A stretch of DNA of 62,804 nt, counting the filler, from Globobulimina sp. (taxonomy: Eukaryota): the NCBI GenBank assembly GCA_003354225.1. It is 25 parts of 25 records of this genome, joined end to end, with 100 filler letters (N's around TTAATTAATTAA, not from the genome) between each part and the next. Parts side by side here need not be neighbours in the genome. Positions count along the whole stretch, not along the records: positions 35,241 to 37,655 come from PIVH01006810.1; positions 37,756 to 40,170 come from PIVH01006811.1; positions 40,271 to 42,685 come from PIVH01006812.1; positions 42,786 to 45,200 come from PIVH01006813.1; positions 45,301 to 47,715 come from PIVH01006814.1; positions 47,816 to 50,230 come from PIVH01006815.1; 19 more parts are not named here. One strand, 5' to 3'. The position numbers and the translations under genes are program-made. A model generated the notes under the pieces. The model saw nothing but the letters and a program-made list of their open reading frames with translations, ran no database searches and was not told where the DNA came from. Shown one piece after another: positions 36,182 to 48,584 of the stretch (position 1 is its first letter; every line of letters begins with the position of its first letter).

Positions 36182-37629
36182 TCAGGATTCTAATTTTTTT
36201 TGAATGATTTTTTGAATTTGCTCAGTGTTTGGCATGAATTCTAAGTCTGCCACAAGACACAAATGATCAGAGACATAATCTTTGTTTGGTAAAAAGGGCC
36301 ATTTCTTACCACTTTCAATTTCTTTTTCTCCGATAACACTAAAATCATTTTTTTCAATATTAATCATTGAGTCCAAGTTTATTATATGATATGATAAGTC
36401 ATTTTGTATTGGATGCTCCAAATACGATAAAATCCGAAAATTATCATTACAAAAAATATAATCAATTGTGCCACTAAAATGTGGGACATGATTGGTCCAA
36501 ATTGGTTCATCCGATGCTGTTCCATACACACTTTTCCATCGCAGATTTGTTTCATAGTCACATAAATCGCAAATATATTCTAACTCCAATAGTTTTGGAT
36601 ATTTTTCACTGTCGGTTATGGTTTTGGATAAATATTGAATATCAATTGCTTTCTTCTCTGCAATAATGTCAGCTTCACTCTTAAACATCTTGTCATTTTG
36701 CAAAAACTTACTAGAAAAATCTTCATTTAAATCATGTCGCTCTTCAGCCTTTTCCTCTTCCCTTTGTTTAGTATAATGAATTGATCGATATATCTTTTCG
36801 TAAATCCTTGTTTTTGGGTGGTCAGCATGCTCACATTTGACATTACATTGAGTCATTAACTGATAAACACCAGACATCATAGACTCTCCTTGCTGTTCAT
36901 TTATAAATGGATCATATCGATCTGCCTTTGTCTTAACAGGCAATGCATTAAAATCGCCACAACAAATGATTGGAATTTGATTTATATTCAAATTCCATCC
37001 ATTTGTAATCACCTCATTCAATGCTTCATTAATCATCAACGTTTGTGCTAATTTAATTTGTGGCTGTTTCGGGTTCCAATGTAAATGCGTTGTACTTGCA
37101 ATCAATTCATATGATTGTTGTTGTAACATTTGCAAATGTAAAACAATCAAAACATCCGGACATTGTTTCAATGCTTTACAGCGAAAATAAGATTGTTTAT
37201 CTCCAAAATACTTATCATATTTTGGCAAATCACACTCTTTGTTGAGTCTTATTATTGTTTTATTTAATAATTTAAATTTGTTTCTATTATAAGCAATTGT
37301 ATCCGTTGTGCCATCAAAGCCTAATTTATGTCCATTTTCATCACGAATTGCATGAATCGAATCATATCCAATCAAATCCAATTCCATTTGCAATGAGTTA
37401 TGATATGTTTTATAAGTCGTTTCTTGTAATCCTATAATATCCGGCGAAAACGCTTCAATTTCGGATATAAAATACGTTTTTTACGGTAATTCCATTTGCG
37501 ATATTTCAATGCCGTATAATTGAGATCTGTATTTAATGCATATCTCGCTCCATCTGCTAAAATATTGTAGCTCATTATACGAAGTGACGGTAATTGCAAG
37601 TTCTGATTCGGAATGGCAACATTCACCAT
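36182..37629 (-). CDS. CCR4/nocturnin/PDE12-family EEP nuclease with a frameshift near 37468
   Basis: IMSYNILA, (shifted) PDIIGLQE, TTHLHWNP, CGDFNA, FSGTIDYIF, SDH. Confidence 0.85.
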
Positions 37630-37755
37630 TCTTCGATGCGAACGATAGAAGTTTANNNNNNNNNNNNNNNNNNNNNNNNNNNNNNNNNNNNNNNNNNNNT
37701 TAATTAATTAANNNNNNNNNNNNNNNNNNNNNNNNNNNNNNNNNNNNNNNNNNNN

Positions 37756-38901
37756 AGATAACCATTTTAATTGTACTGTCTGCATGTATTTTATTGTTGG
37801 TATTGTGTGCCGTATTCTTTTTGCTGTATGGTAAGAGAGCTAAAAGTATGGAGATGGAAAAAGAAGAGGAAATTAGAAGAATGCAAACGCAAATTGAAAT
37901 GATGAGTGCTGTGGCAAAAGGACCGGGACCGCCAGACATAGGCAGCAAGGATTTGGAGGGAATAATGTTTGAGCTTGAAAATGAGAATAAAGAGGAGTAT
38001 GCAACCAATGATTATCGACCTGGCAGTATGGATGTGGGTGCAGTGGAAGTTGGACCTTCGTGGAAAGGCAAGAAAATGAAAAATTGGACAAATGAAGAGA
38101 TAATCGATTGGATAAAATGTATGAATTTGGGCGCTGACTGGGTCGGCGTGGTGTTGGCGGTCATTGAGATGAATGCGTGTACGGGAGAAGACATTGTTGA
38201 TTTGAAGTCGTTGGAGGATGTCGGCGAAGCATTTGATATCACAGAGAATAAGATTTTATGTAACAAGTTATTGCGGGAAATCAGAAATTTTAAACCCAGT
38301 GTTAAAGGGGATAACCGGTTTTGGCTAAATATAATTAATTATGGTAATAATGAACATTTGACGTTGGATGATGGCGTTGTAAAAACAGATACAATTAAAA
38401 AAATTAAAACTATGTATAAAATACAGTCAGGGCTTGATTTTGATATTCAACATATTCATTTTAAATATAATAAAAAGGAGTTGTTTGATCGTAGAACATT
38501 ACAACAGTGCGGTGTTACAAACGGAGAGCATTTAATTGTTGTTGAGTTCGATGAGGTGTTTGCAGTTCATATGTATGCGCAGGGAAATCGTTTGAAATTA
38601 AAACAAAAAGTCACCAAAGATTATAAAATACAGCAAATTAAGCAAATGTATAAAGGGCAATCTGGAGTGTATGCGAGTATTAGCGATATTCAGTTTTATT
38701 CCAAAAAGATATTGTTGCATAATAATGTATGTACATCTTATTTTGATGTGTATTGTATGTTATATTATATTCGCAATGTTTTAATTTATATATATATATA
38801 TATATTAACAGAAAACGTTAGAACAGTGTCGTATTATTGATGATAAACATTTGATTACAGTCAAATTTGAAGCAGATGGTGGTGGCAAACATATAGATTA
38901 A
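37756..38901 (+). CDS. Membrane protein: TM + SAM + two ubiquitin-like domains; intron 38727-38811; 5'-truncated
   Basis: TM segment at contig start; WTNEEIIDWI SAM; two Ubl repeats (DTIKKIK..ELFDRRTLQQCG and YKIQQIK..HNNKTLEQCR); ends EADGGGKHID*. Confidence 0.7.
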
Positions 38902-39379
38902 TAAAAATTATAAAATATGTCAAAACCTGAAACTTTTTGTTTTGAGCTGTATTATGCATAAACAATATTAATATGCCTTTAATTTATTAAATTATATTTT
39001 CAACTCGTTTGTGTATGGATTATGTCTGTAATCTCAGGAAATTTTTTGTTTGTTTGTAGTGTTTGCTTTGTGGAATAATCCATTGTTTTTTTTTATTCTA
39101 ATTATTTCAAAATTCAATTATTATTCAAATATGTGTTTCACCGCATTCAGGTAACACTTCTGGTGTATATATGTATGTTACCTATTTTCACATAAAACCT
39201 GCAAGAAGTCCGACATAGCGGTGCACTGCGTAGATTTCAGTGAAATCCAATCAGATGTTGTTCAAAAACGGAACTGCAACAATGTCAATGAATTCAAATT
39301 GCTATAAAAAAAACAAACAGGATTGCAACTAGTATCTGTGTAACTGTCTTACATATAAATATATATATATCATTTGTCA

Positions 39380-40101
39380 TCACTTTTTCGCTTTTTTGCC
39401 TTTAGCTTTATGTATAACCATTTCTTTATGTATTTGATGACATGTTAAATCAACTAAATCTAATAATTTATCCGTATCTCGTTTCCACGCATTAAGTATT
39501 TCATTCTCATATTCTTTTTTCTTAAATCTTATGATCCCATCCAACCGATTAATCCTTGCAAATATCTCTTTATCAGTCACCATTTTCGAGACATACTCTT
39601 CAGTCTCATCCATATTTATCGATAAAAACGTCGACAGTCTCCCCAATGAAATACGATTATAATACTCCCCAACCACACGGATATTATGTTGGATTATGCG
39701 ATCCTTTAACAACACACTTAATTTTGGCTGTTGTTGGCTGTCCACCACACCGATAAAGGCAAAATTGTTTAATTTATTACTCATCTCCGCATTCAATGGA
39801 TATTCAATCAATTCCCTCCTCGTTAACAATGTCAATAATTGCCTAAAAATCGGTAATTCCTCCAATAATTTCTTCTCATTCAACAAGGTTTTAAACAATA
39901 AATCATTTTGTTCATTGCCATATTTTGCCAAAATAACTGCAAATATCCCATTACTTAATGCCTCTAATTTTTCCTTCCTAGTTTTTAATAACGTTTTTAA
40001 GCGAAAATACGATTTGGCCAACTCCAAAAATTGCCTATTATGATGGTAAAATAATATCAAACTCAAATTCCAATATTTCACCTCCAAATCGTATAACTAT
40101 T
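39380..40101 (-). CDS. PSMD12: 26S proteasome lid subunit RPN5/PSMD12, last exon (PCI domain)
   Basis: RIIQHNIRVVGEYYNRISLGRL..FARINRLDGIIRF..ILNAW..LLDLVDLTCHQIHKE. Confidence 0.92.
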
Positions 40102-40270
40102 CCATACAAATTAGAAAAAAACAATAAGTGCAAGGATAACATATAAAAAAAAATAAAAAAACTCAACATTNNNNNNNNNNNNNNNNNNNNNNNNNNNNNN
40201 NNNNNNNNNNNNNNTTAATTAATTAANNNNNNNNNNNNNNNNNNNNNNNNNNNNNNNNNNNNNNNNNNNN

Positions 40271-40563
40271 TTTGCATACATTTCACACAAAAACTCGCTA
40301 AATATTCTCTGTCCGCTGCTATCCGCAGTTTGTCGCTCATTTAATATTTCATAATATATCAACGCCGCAATCACTCGTTTTATTGGTTGACAGTCATTGA
40401 CTTTATGCATACATTTATCACTCTCATTATCCGTTTCATTGCCTTTATTTTCTAAAAAAATATCAAAATCGATCACTGGTTTGGATGCATCATCGTTTTG
40501 CTTGTTGGCTTTGTTAGGACTTTGTTCATTTGATTGTGGCGTTGGTGGCTGTATATTGTCCAT
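40271..40563 (-). CDS. Hypothetical protein, N-terminal fragment
   Basis: ATG-initiated ORF running to the contig edge; C..VNDCQPIKRVIAALIYY. Confidence 0.45.
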
Positions 40564-41481
40564 TGCGTACTTTACCTGTTTTGTAAAAAGAAAATTTTGA
40601 GATCGACAATCTCAGATTTTCCACGACAAACTGTATTGATTTGAAGCATATACAAATCATGTTATATTATATTATATGCTGTGATTATAAACTGTGGCTG
40701 TGATATTATCAAAAATTACGACTATTTGTAGGCTGTGAGTACAATTATTGCCATGAACATGTTGTCAATAAATATTTGTTTGTAATTGTATAAAATCCGT
40801 TATTTCCAGCTTCAATCTGAATGGTTTGTAGTTTTTCCAATTCAGTACGTCAGCCACAGGACGTTTAAGATTTTGATTCACTGCGATGTCGGATGCAATA
40901 TGTTGTGATACATTAATTTGTGTAATATAATGCATATAATTCTGTTCCATTTGTATACAATAATACGTGTAATTTAACATGTTTTTTTTAGTTTGAAACC
41001 GACATAATTTGTACGTGTTTTTTTTTCTCAGTTTCAAACTATAGACACCTGGGTTTAGTGGGTTACGATTGGTTGTTTCGTGGCAATCATAGTCAGAGTT
41101 ACGGCGATAATGTCGTGGATGATGTCAATGCGAATGATTTGATGAATGCGAATATGCGCTGTAGCGTACATGATATATTTCTCCCATAAATACATCATAT
41201 TTAAGTTTAGTTGCATACCACATGCGTGATATTGTGATAATCATCGTTTTTAATTGGTTAGTCATAATAACATATATCCACAATTTATAATCACATCACA
41301 CGTCGATGCATATATGCTTAGATACCGTATTTAAATCAGTTTCTATTTCTTTGGAGGGAGTCCGAGGGACTATACTAAACTGCGATGGTGGCAAGGATTT
41401 CTTTTTCCTGTTCCTGCGACAATGCGGTCGTTATTTTTTCTGAATTAAGTTTTTTTTTTTCAGCTTAAACACCACATTTTA

Positions 41482-42081
41482 ATGGCAGAAAGACAAGGAT
41501 TGAAAGGGGGAGATTCTGACTCTGAACGTACAGGAAATACACAGATAACCACTGAAGAGGATAAAGTTTGTTGTGGATGTTGTTCGGTATTTGGTGCATT
41601 TTACGCATTTTCAACTGAATATATTGTTGCAGCAATATTATTATTTGTAGTTTTCATTTCAATCATTGGTGATTTACCGGATGAGTCGTGGTGGATGTTG
41701 GCGATTGTAATAATTGCGGCATTGAGCAGATTACTTGTCGGTATTTTAGGAATTTATATGACAGTCAAACTATCGGATGACGATCCACATAACACTCCAT
41801 CAGAGAGTTTAATTAATATATGGACATTTTTTATGTTATGGATACCAATTATTTTTAATTCATTATGGATATTTTTCACCACTGCATTAGTATTAGCATT
41901 GTCGTCAATATTTGGAAGTAGAGATATCGAGTTCGAGCAAGTATTATTAATCGCTTCATTCCAAGCACCGCCAATCATTGATATGATCATTTCAATTACA
42001 TTTTATATTATGGTCAATAAATTCATTGAGAAAACTACAAATCGGAAAGTATACGCATGTCCATGTTGTTCTTGTTGTTAA
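41482..42081 (+). CDS. Four-TM membrane protein with Cys-rich termini
   Basis: Four hydrophobic segments; VCCGCC and CPCCSCC ends. Confidence 0.65.
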   Translation: MAERQGLKGGDSDSERTGNTQITTEEDKVCCGCCSVFGAFYAFSTEYIVAAILLFVVFISIIGDLPDESWWMLAIVIIAALSRLLVGILGIYMTVKLSDDDPHNTPSESLINIWTFFMLWIPIIFNSLWIFFTTALVLALSSIFGSRDIEFEQVLLIASFQAPPIIDMIISITFYIMVNKFIEKTTNRKVYACPCCSCC

Positions 42082-42215
42082 CTATTTGTATTTGACGTGA
42101 TCGATCTCTTTGACTTCATGCAATTCAAAAATTGAAAATCAAGGATGTAACTTTCATTCGGACATTTACCTTTTATTAAAATAAACTCCATCTGAGCTAA
42201 AAAACCTTTATCAAA

Positions 42216-42685
42216 ATGGAAGCGTTCATGATATCAGCAGCAGCATCATTTATTTCAGGAGTAGGCCATGGCGCAGCATATAAAGTCGCCGGGCAGTTAG
42301 CATTGTCGTTAGAGGCTGTGATTGCAGCTGATATTAAACATCCAGATGTTCTACAAATATTAGTTGCATTAGATGTAAATGCAAGTTTATCGACAATCAA
42401 AGCATTGCTTGAAGATTTAAAACGAATATTACCGCGATGTGGTTCAACAATGAAAGTGTGTTTTGACAATTTGCATAATTCAGTGGCTTCAATACAAGAA
42501 CAATTAGAAACTGTGGAGACAAAATGCAAAACACATAATGTGTCATATTGGTCATATATTTATACATATCCTGATGTCACAAATGAATTAAATAAAATTA
42601 AACAATTAAAAACCATCATGGATCGTCGAATTGATTTAGTAACACAATCAACAACGATCGAATTGCAAATAGCATCATTTAATAA
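42216..42685 (+). CDS. Helical hypothetical protein, 3'-truncated
   Basis: LDVNASLSTIKALL..KVCFDNLHNSV..HNVSYWSY..MDRRIDL. Confidence 0.55.
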
Positions 42686-42834
42686 NNNNNNNNNNNNNNN
42701 NNNNNNNNNNNNNNNNNNNNNNNNNNNNNTTAATTAATTAANNNNNNNNNNNNNNNNNNNNNNNNNNNNNNNNNNNNNNNNNNNNATCATTCAATTTCTT
42801 CGATAGAATGTTTATGCGTACCCCAAAGACTAAC

Positions 42835-42844
42835 AAAAGGAGGT
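42835..42844 (+). promoter_or_regulatory. Shine-Dalgarno site of the bacterial integrase fragment
   Basis: AAAAGGAGGT immediately upstream of ATG 42848. Confidence 0.75.
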
Positions 42845-42847
42845 ATC

Positions 42848-43165
42848 ATGAATATCAAAGAAGCAGCAGGGTTGTTTCGGCTTCACCAAAAATCAAATTT
42901 AAAACCGAGATCAATATACAGTTACAGTTACATCATGAAACAATTTGAATCTGTTTATGGAGACTATCAGGTTCAATCGATAGCTTCAGATGAAGTATTG
43001 CAGTTTCTGGAAGATCAGACAGGAAGTGCATCCAAGTCTACACGCAGGCTACGATATGTTCAACTGAAAACCTTCTTCAATTTCATCATTGATAATTATG
43101 AGCTCAACATTAAGAATCTATGTTCCTCGTTAACGCTGTCCAAAGCATTCAAAATGGCGCCACAC
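42848..43165 (+). CDS. Bacterial tyrosine integrase N-terminal (SAM-like) fragment, truncated by a chimeric junction
   Basis: KPRSIYSY..F...YGD..ITxDE-like (IASDEVLQFL)..STRRLRYVQLKTFFNF; strong RBS. Confidence 0.75.
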
Positions 43166-44627
43166 TCCAAATCGCGATCGATTAATTCGAAATATATGGA
43201 CAATAAATCCGATTGGTCTCCGCGTAGTTTATTAATATGCGTATCGTACTGCTGTTGTATAAATTGAATGTGTTGCTGCACTCGAAACATTCTCCGCATT
43301 TCGTCGCGAATGTCCGCCAAATTACTATCGATCTCAGACAGTTTGCGCAAATGCTGCTCTTTCCCCACATCCATCGCCACCGCGTCGCCGCCACCGACCT
43401 CAGCATCGTCGTACAATGGGTTGGCATTGCCGCCATGGATGGTGCTACGATGCAAACTTTCCAACAGATTCGATTCTACCTTCATTTCGTCCAAACACTG
43501 ATTCGCTTCTTTGGTGAACCTAACGATGGAAGCATCGATCCACTCTTTGTACGGTAAGAAAATGGACGAACTCAATATGCCGCCATCGATGTACGAGGCG
43601 ATATTGTTATAATTTATGTTAAATACATTGTTGTTCTGCCATATACTCTGAAACTTAGAATCGATGTCTTTCTGCTCCAAACCATTGCCATTGTCCATTA
43701 GCGACATTATCGATTTCTGTGAAGGGTAATGCGGTGTTTCTGATTCGCGCATTTCCTTAGAATGCCGTTCTAATTTATTTGTTATGGCGTCTATGTCGGT
43801 AAAGCCCCCATCGGCACCGACGCCGTGGCTGCCTTTTTTAAATGGTGCCGGTGTGTGGGCCGCAGTGGGCGGCGGCGGATGAGGCGGATGAATGGGGTTA
43901 TTTTGGTTGTAATGCGTATTATCTTTCAAGAGCTGCGAGAACATATTGGCTTGCCATTTATGGATGATTTGGTGCGAATGGATGTAAAATAAGTCATTTT
44001 TGTATAATTCTATGTCGTTGTCGTCTTCGTTGAGGATGGAGGAGGAGGAGGCGGATATGGAGGGAATCATCGATGTGATGGGGGTGGGAATAGGCGGCAA
44101 ATCATAGCCTTCTTCGCAGTGTTGATAGTGTGCTTTGTTGTTGCTGTATGACTGTGACTGTGCGGAGGGATTATTGTCATTCAGATTGAAAAAATTGGGA
44201 TCAATGACACCTTTCGATTCTAATTCATCCAAAGTGCGTCGCCTGGATTGTTGCCATTGTTTGAAATGACTGTTTCCAACGTCAATTAATATGGATTGTG
44301 CGCCTTTGTTTGCGTGGAATTTGGCTGCGTTTTCTAGGATTTGTGCTTTTTCGTAATCGTTGACCAATGGTGGTTGATACATGCCATTTTGTTTCAGATC
44401 TGCGATGGTTTTGACTGCGTTGTGTTGTGCTTCATCTGCTTTTATGAATATTTGTAACATCGCAGATTCGCAAATATATAGTATATAGTTTTGTAACTTT
44501 GCAGCAATTCCTTAGTATCATCATCCAACAAATTAGTATAATCTTCAAACTCTGTCGATGCGTCAAACGTTTTCCGTCTTTGCAATTGATGGTATCCATT
44601 TGGTTGGATGATCGGTTGATGTGCCAT
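43160..44627 (-). CDS. Eukaryotic hypothetical protein (low-complexity/coiled-coil), 3' end lost at junction
   Basis: Long ORF to 44460 plus upstream exon MAHQPIIQ.. Confidence 0.5.
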
Positions 44628-44879
44628 GCAAACTGTAATTAAAGTTTTTAAGCTAAAGAAACTTTTTTCATTCTCGAAATATATTGAAAAACACATCCTC
44701 GATCTTATCAGTACACGTACTTTGCACGTACAATGATTGAGTCGATTCTCGTCACATATATGGTGTCAGGTACTGCAACCATTGATCCATGATATACATC
44801 AGATACTTATTACATGCATGATATACAAAAACAAATTAATTAATGAAATGTAAATTAATTATATACGCAGTCATTTCAC

Positions 44880-45200
44880 AATCATGCAATCATATGTATG
44901 CATGTGGCTGTTCATCAGATGAATATGGTCTCCATTGTAGTATTGAAGGATGCATTTACGATGCACCGTATCTTTATTACAACTGGCAATCAATTTCTTG
45001 TGCTGTGAATTCACCGTCGAGTTACATTGAAGAAACAACTAATCCATGTTGTTCAGTCAATTCACCGTCGACCTATGTTGATGTTAGAGATTGCTGTCAA
45101 ACCAATGATCCTACAGTCCACCCAACCCCCGGCCCCACTCATCGCCCAACAGACAATCCGACGCATGCTCAATGGAATGAGTGCTCTGGCAGTGATCAAC
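44880..45200 (+). CDS. Cys-rich secreted protein fragment with PT repeats
   Basis: CAVNSPSSYIE/CSVNSPSTYVD duplication; PTVHPTPGPTHRPTDNPT. Confidence 0.45.
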
Positions 45201-45300
45201 NNNNNNNNNNNNNNNNNNNNNNNNNNNNNNNNNNNNNNNNNNNNTTAATTAATTAANNNNNNNNNNNNNNNNNNNNNNNNNNNNNNNNNNNNNNNNNNNN

Positions 45301-46307
45301 TTATCATCGTCTGAGTCGTGAATCCCTGGCACTTTTAATGGTGCAGCGGCGCAAATTGCTTCTTTAACAGCAATGGAGAAGTCCCATTGAAAAGGCACCG
45401 TCGATTCATCTGTTTTTTGTCGTAAAATGAATTGAATGAAGGAAGTGGCACATTGGAAATATCGCACAATCTCCCAAATATCGTCAGATATCTTAGCAAA
45501 ACCGATCGGATCTGTTTCAAACTGCGGCTCAATTCGTTTAATATACGATTGTATGGCATGTTGCATCATAGTCACTATCACTGCACCATTCTTATAACGT
45601 TTTTGTATTTGCTGCATAAATCTGCTCCGACTGCACCATTTTGCCACCGATATTTCTGTGTTGTCATTGTCTAATTTCAATTGCATTCTGTCGCGTTGAT
45701 AAATGTCACATAGATACTGCAGAAAAGGGATTTTATTCTCATTGCCAACGGTTAAGCCCATCAACATGTTTTCGTCTGCATTTAATGCAATTTGTTGGCA
45801 GATTGTTGGACATTGTTTAATATATAATTGGCGGATTGATTCTTTTTTGTTTGAATCTAAAAATGAATCTAAAATGTCGAAATTTATCTTATTTGGATCA
45901 CTAATTATCGTCGGATATCTGCCGTAAACATAACAATATTTTAAAAAATTATACAGTTTTTCATCTCTTTCTGATTCGTTTTTTAATGGTTTATCGAATG
46001 GAAATGTATGATCTGCATCAAAATCTAAATAGGAACAATTTTCAATCTCCATATCATCGGCGAATTCTTCTTCCAAGGAATCGTCATCAAATTCGTTTTC
46101 ATCTACGAAGGCCTTAAATTTACCACCTTGTCGTTTGGCGAGATCTTTATAATAATGTTGACCTTCACCTATATAGATGTAATATTCACCAATTATATCA
46201 TCCAGATCTTGTAAGGTTTTGACATATGCGAATGATGGTGTTTTTTCCTCTTGATCATGACTTGAGGGTTGCTGTGGTTGCTGCCATGTGCTTTTAACAG
46301 ACGACAT
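45301..46307 (-). CDS. Hypothetical protein, 3'-truncated
   Basis: ATG-initiated ORF of >330 aa running to the contig edge. Confidence 0.55.
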
Positions 46308-46411
46308 GTTTTAGAGTAAGAACTTAACGACGGTTCTTTTTTTTAATTCTAACAACAGACACATTTATCACCATCGGATAGAACAATTGGTATTAGATAT
46401 AAAATAGAAGA

Positions 46412-47524
46412 ATGTTCCCAATAAAATTATTTTTTTTAACTGCTGGTCCTCTGATCCTCATCTCTTTTATAAGTGCGACCGTGGTCATGATTTGGGTTTC
46501 ATCATCATCTCAATTCTCCACACTCTCTGATGTAGTGCCCAGTGGCATTGTGGTACAAAAAAATGGCATTGGTCGCTCCTGTTTGAATGATGTATACGAT
46601 GAAATATTTGTAATCTCGATCAGAAGTCGAATAGAAACATTATCCATAACTTTACATCAACTCAATGAGGAGCACATTAGCTACACCTTTTGGGCGGGCC
46701 ATTCAGCCAACAACACATATTCTGTGTATTTATGGAATACATTTAAGAGCTATGTTGATGCAGACAGTGAAGCTCAAGCATCGCATTTTATGGATCACAA
46801 AAACTCAGCGTATCAAACAAAGAATATTTTCTTTTTAAGACAAACACAAATTGATATACTTAAATATGCTCAAAAACACAATCTTTCAAAAATACTGATA
46901 TTTGAAGATGATATTTTGTTGGCGAATCCTTACTGGATCCACCAATTTTGCTTAGTGGAACACAAAATTCCTGAATGGTATGCATTAAATATTGGGGTTA
47001 ATCAAAACGTTCGACAAAAAAAACATACTTTAAATTTGCAATCAATTGCAAACAGCTCAGAAATAACATATTTTAAATTAAATCGATTTAGTTATGGTGC
47101 ATATGGCATATCTTTCTCTTATCCGATGTATCAAATATTAATTCAATTATTTGATGTTCATCTTAAAGTCACTAATTTATATCCATTGGATAGTATGGGC
47201 AATCATTTCAAGACCAGGAATATTTCAGGAATCAATATTTTAAGCAAATGTTTCAATATTCATCCAAATTTGGTATTGCCTGATGTTACAACTTCAATAT
47301 TAAGGGATCGCAGAATGAATGAAATATCATTTGTTATTCGTAGGACTACAGATCATAATTTAAGTCATTATTCAAAATATTGGAATTTACGATTCGCAGC
47401 AGAGAGTTCAGGGACATCTGACAATATTTCATATAAAAAAAATATAATTAATTTTGACGAGATTGCAGCAAATTCACCATCTCATTTGTATATAACACAA
47501 CAGCCATTTGAACATTTCAATTAA
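46412..47524 (+). CDS. Glycosyltransferase family 25-like type-II membrane protein
   Basis: N-terminal TM; DEIFVISIRSR, ILIFEDDI, GAYG motifs. Confidence 0.7.
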   Translation: MFPIKLFFLTAGPLILISFISATVVMIWVSSSSQFSTLSDVVPSGIVVQKNGIGRSCLNDVYDEIFVISIRSRIETLSITLHQLNEEHISYTFWAGHSANNTYSVYLWNTFKSYVDADSEAQASHFMDHKNSAYQTKNIFFLRQTQIDILKYAQKHNLSKILIFEDDILLANPYWIHQFCLVEHKIPEWYALNIGVNQNVRQKKHTLNLQSIANSSEITYFKLNRFSYGAYGISFSYPMYQILIQLFDVHLKVTNLYPLDSMGNHFKTRNISGINILSKCFNIHPNLVLPDVTTSILRDRRMNEISFVIRRTTDHNLSHYSKYWNLRFAAESSGTSDNISYKKNIINFDEIAANSPSHLYITQQPFEHFN

Positions 47525-47815
47525 TGTCGCAATACCATGACATTTATGTATTTCATCCAAGATATATTATTACTTTTCTTCCTTTACTTTTATAGTTTTA
47601 TTGCTTTCTGATTACAATGTAAACAAATGTTAAAATATTATTTATACAATGTAAACAATATTATTTATAAGTTTATAAAAAACAAAATTAAATTCAATTT
47701 ATTAGTGAATACGATNNNNNNNNNNNNNNNNNNNNNNNNNNNNNNNNNNNNNNNNNNNNTTAATTAATTAANNNNNNNNNNNNNNNNNNNNNNNNNNNNN
47801 NNNNNNNNNNNNNNN

Positions 47816-48537
47816 TTAAATAACACTAGTGTTATTTAACAAATACGAGCTGCGCTCAAAGAGAGAGTGCGCTTTTTCAGTCTTGCCGATGGAGGCTAAC
47901 ATTATGGCATATTCTTCATGGTATTTTACAATATTTGGCTTCAATTTGATGGCTTTTTCGAAATGAAATAATGATAAATTGAGCAGTTGCGATGGTCGTT
48001 GCGAGTGTGACTTATATTTGTTGTGTAATAATAAGCCATAATTAAAATGTAATGATGCGGAGGGTTTGTATTTATTTAATAAAATATCGAAATATTTCTT
48101 GATTTTCTCGTAATTTCCAATTACATCCACTTGCATTAATAATTGAGCAAAATGGTAATAAATATCACGTAATTTTTTCTCATTTTTAGCTTTCTCCATT
48201 TTGTAATGTTTTAGGCACTTTTCATAATATATTTGGGCATCATTTAATTTATTTAAATCGTGATATAACAGCGCCATTTTATAGTAATACACATAATTGG
48301 TCGTGTCGTTATTTATGCAGCGTTGGTAACATTGCTTGCAAATGTTATTTTGGTGCAGATACTTGCAAACATCGCCGAGTTTGGCCAATATTGATAAATC
48401 GTTTGGTGTTTCTACCCAGATTTGGATCAGTACCTTTTTTGCTGGCCTCCATTCTTTCTTTTTAACATATTGTTGGGCCAATAATAATCGTTCAGAAATG
48501 GTGTAGACAGACGACATATCGATCAGGCCATTGTCGC
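47816..48537 (-). CDS. TPR-repeat protein, last exon
   Basis: TPR-like repeats (YYYKMALLYHDLNKLNDAQIYYEKCL; HFEKAIKLKP); preceded by a poly-T..TTAG acceptor. Confidence 0.8.
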
Positions 48538-48584
48538 CTAAGCATTTGAAAAAAAAAAAAAACTTTAACAATATTAAAAGTGTA

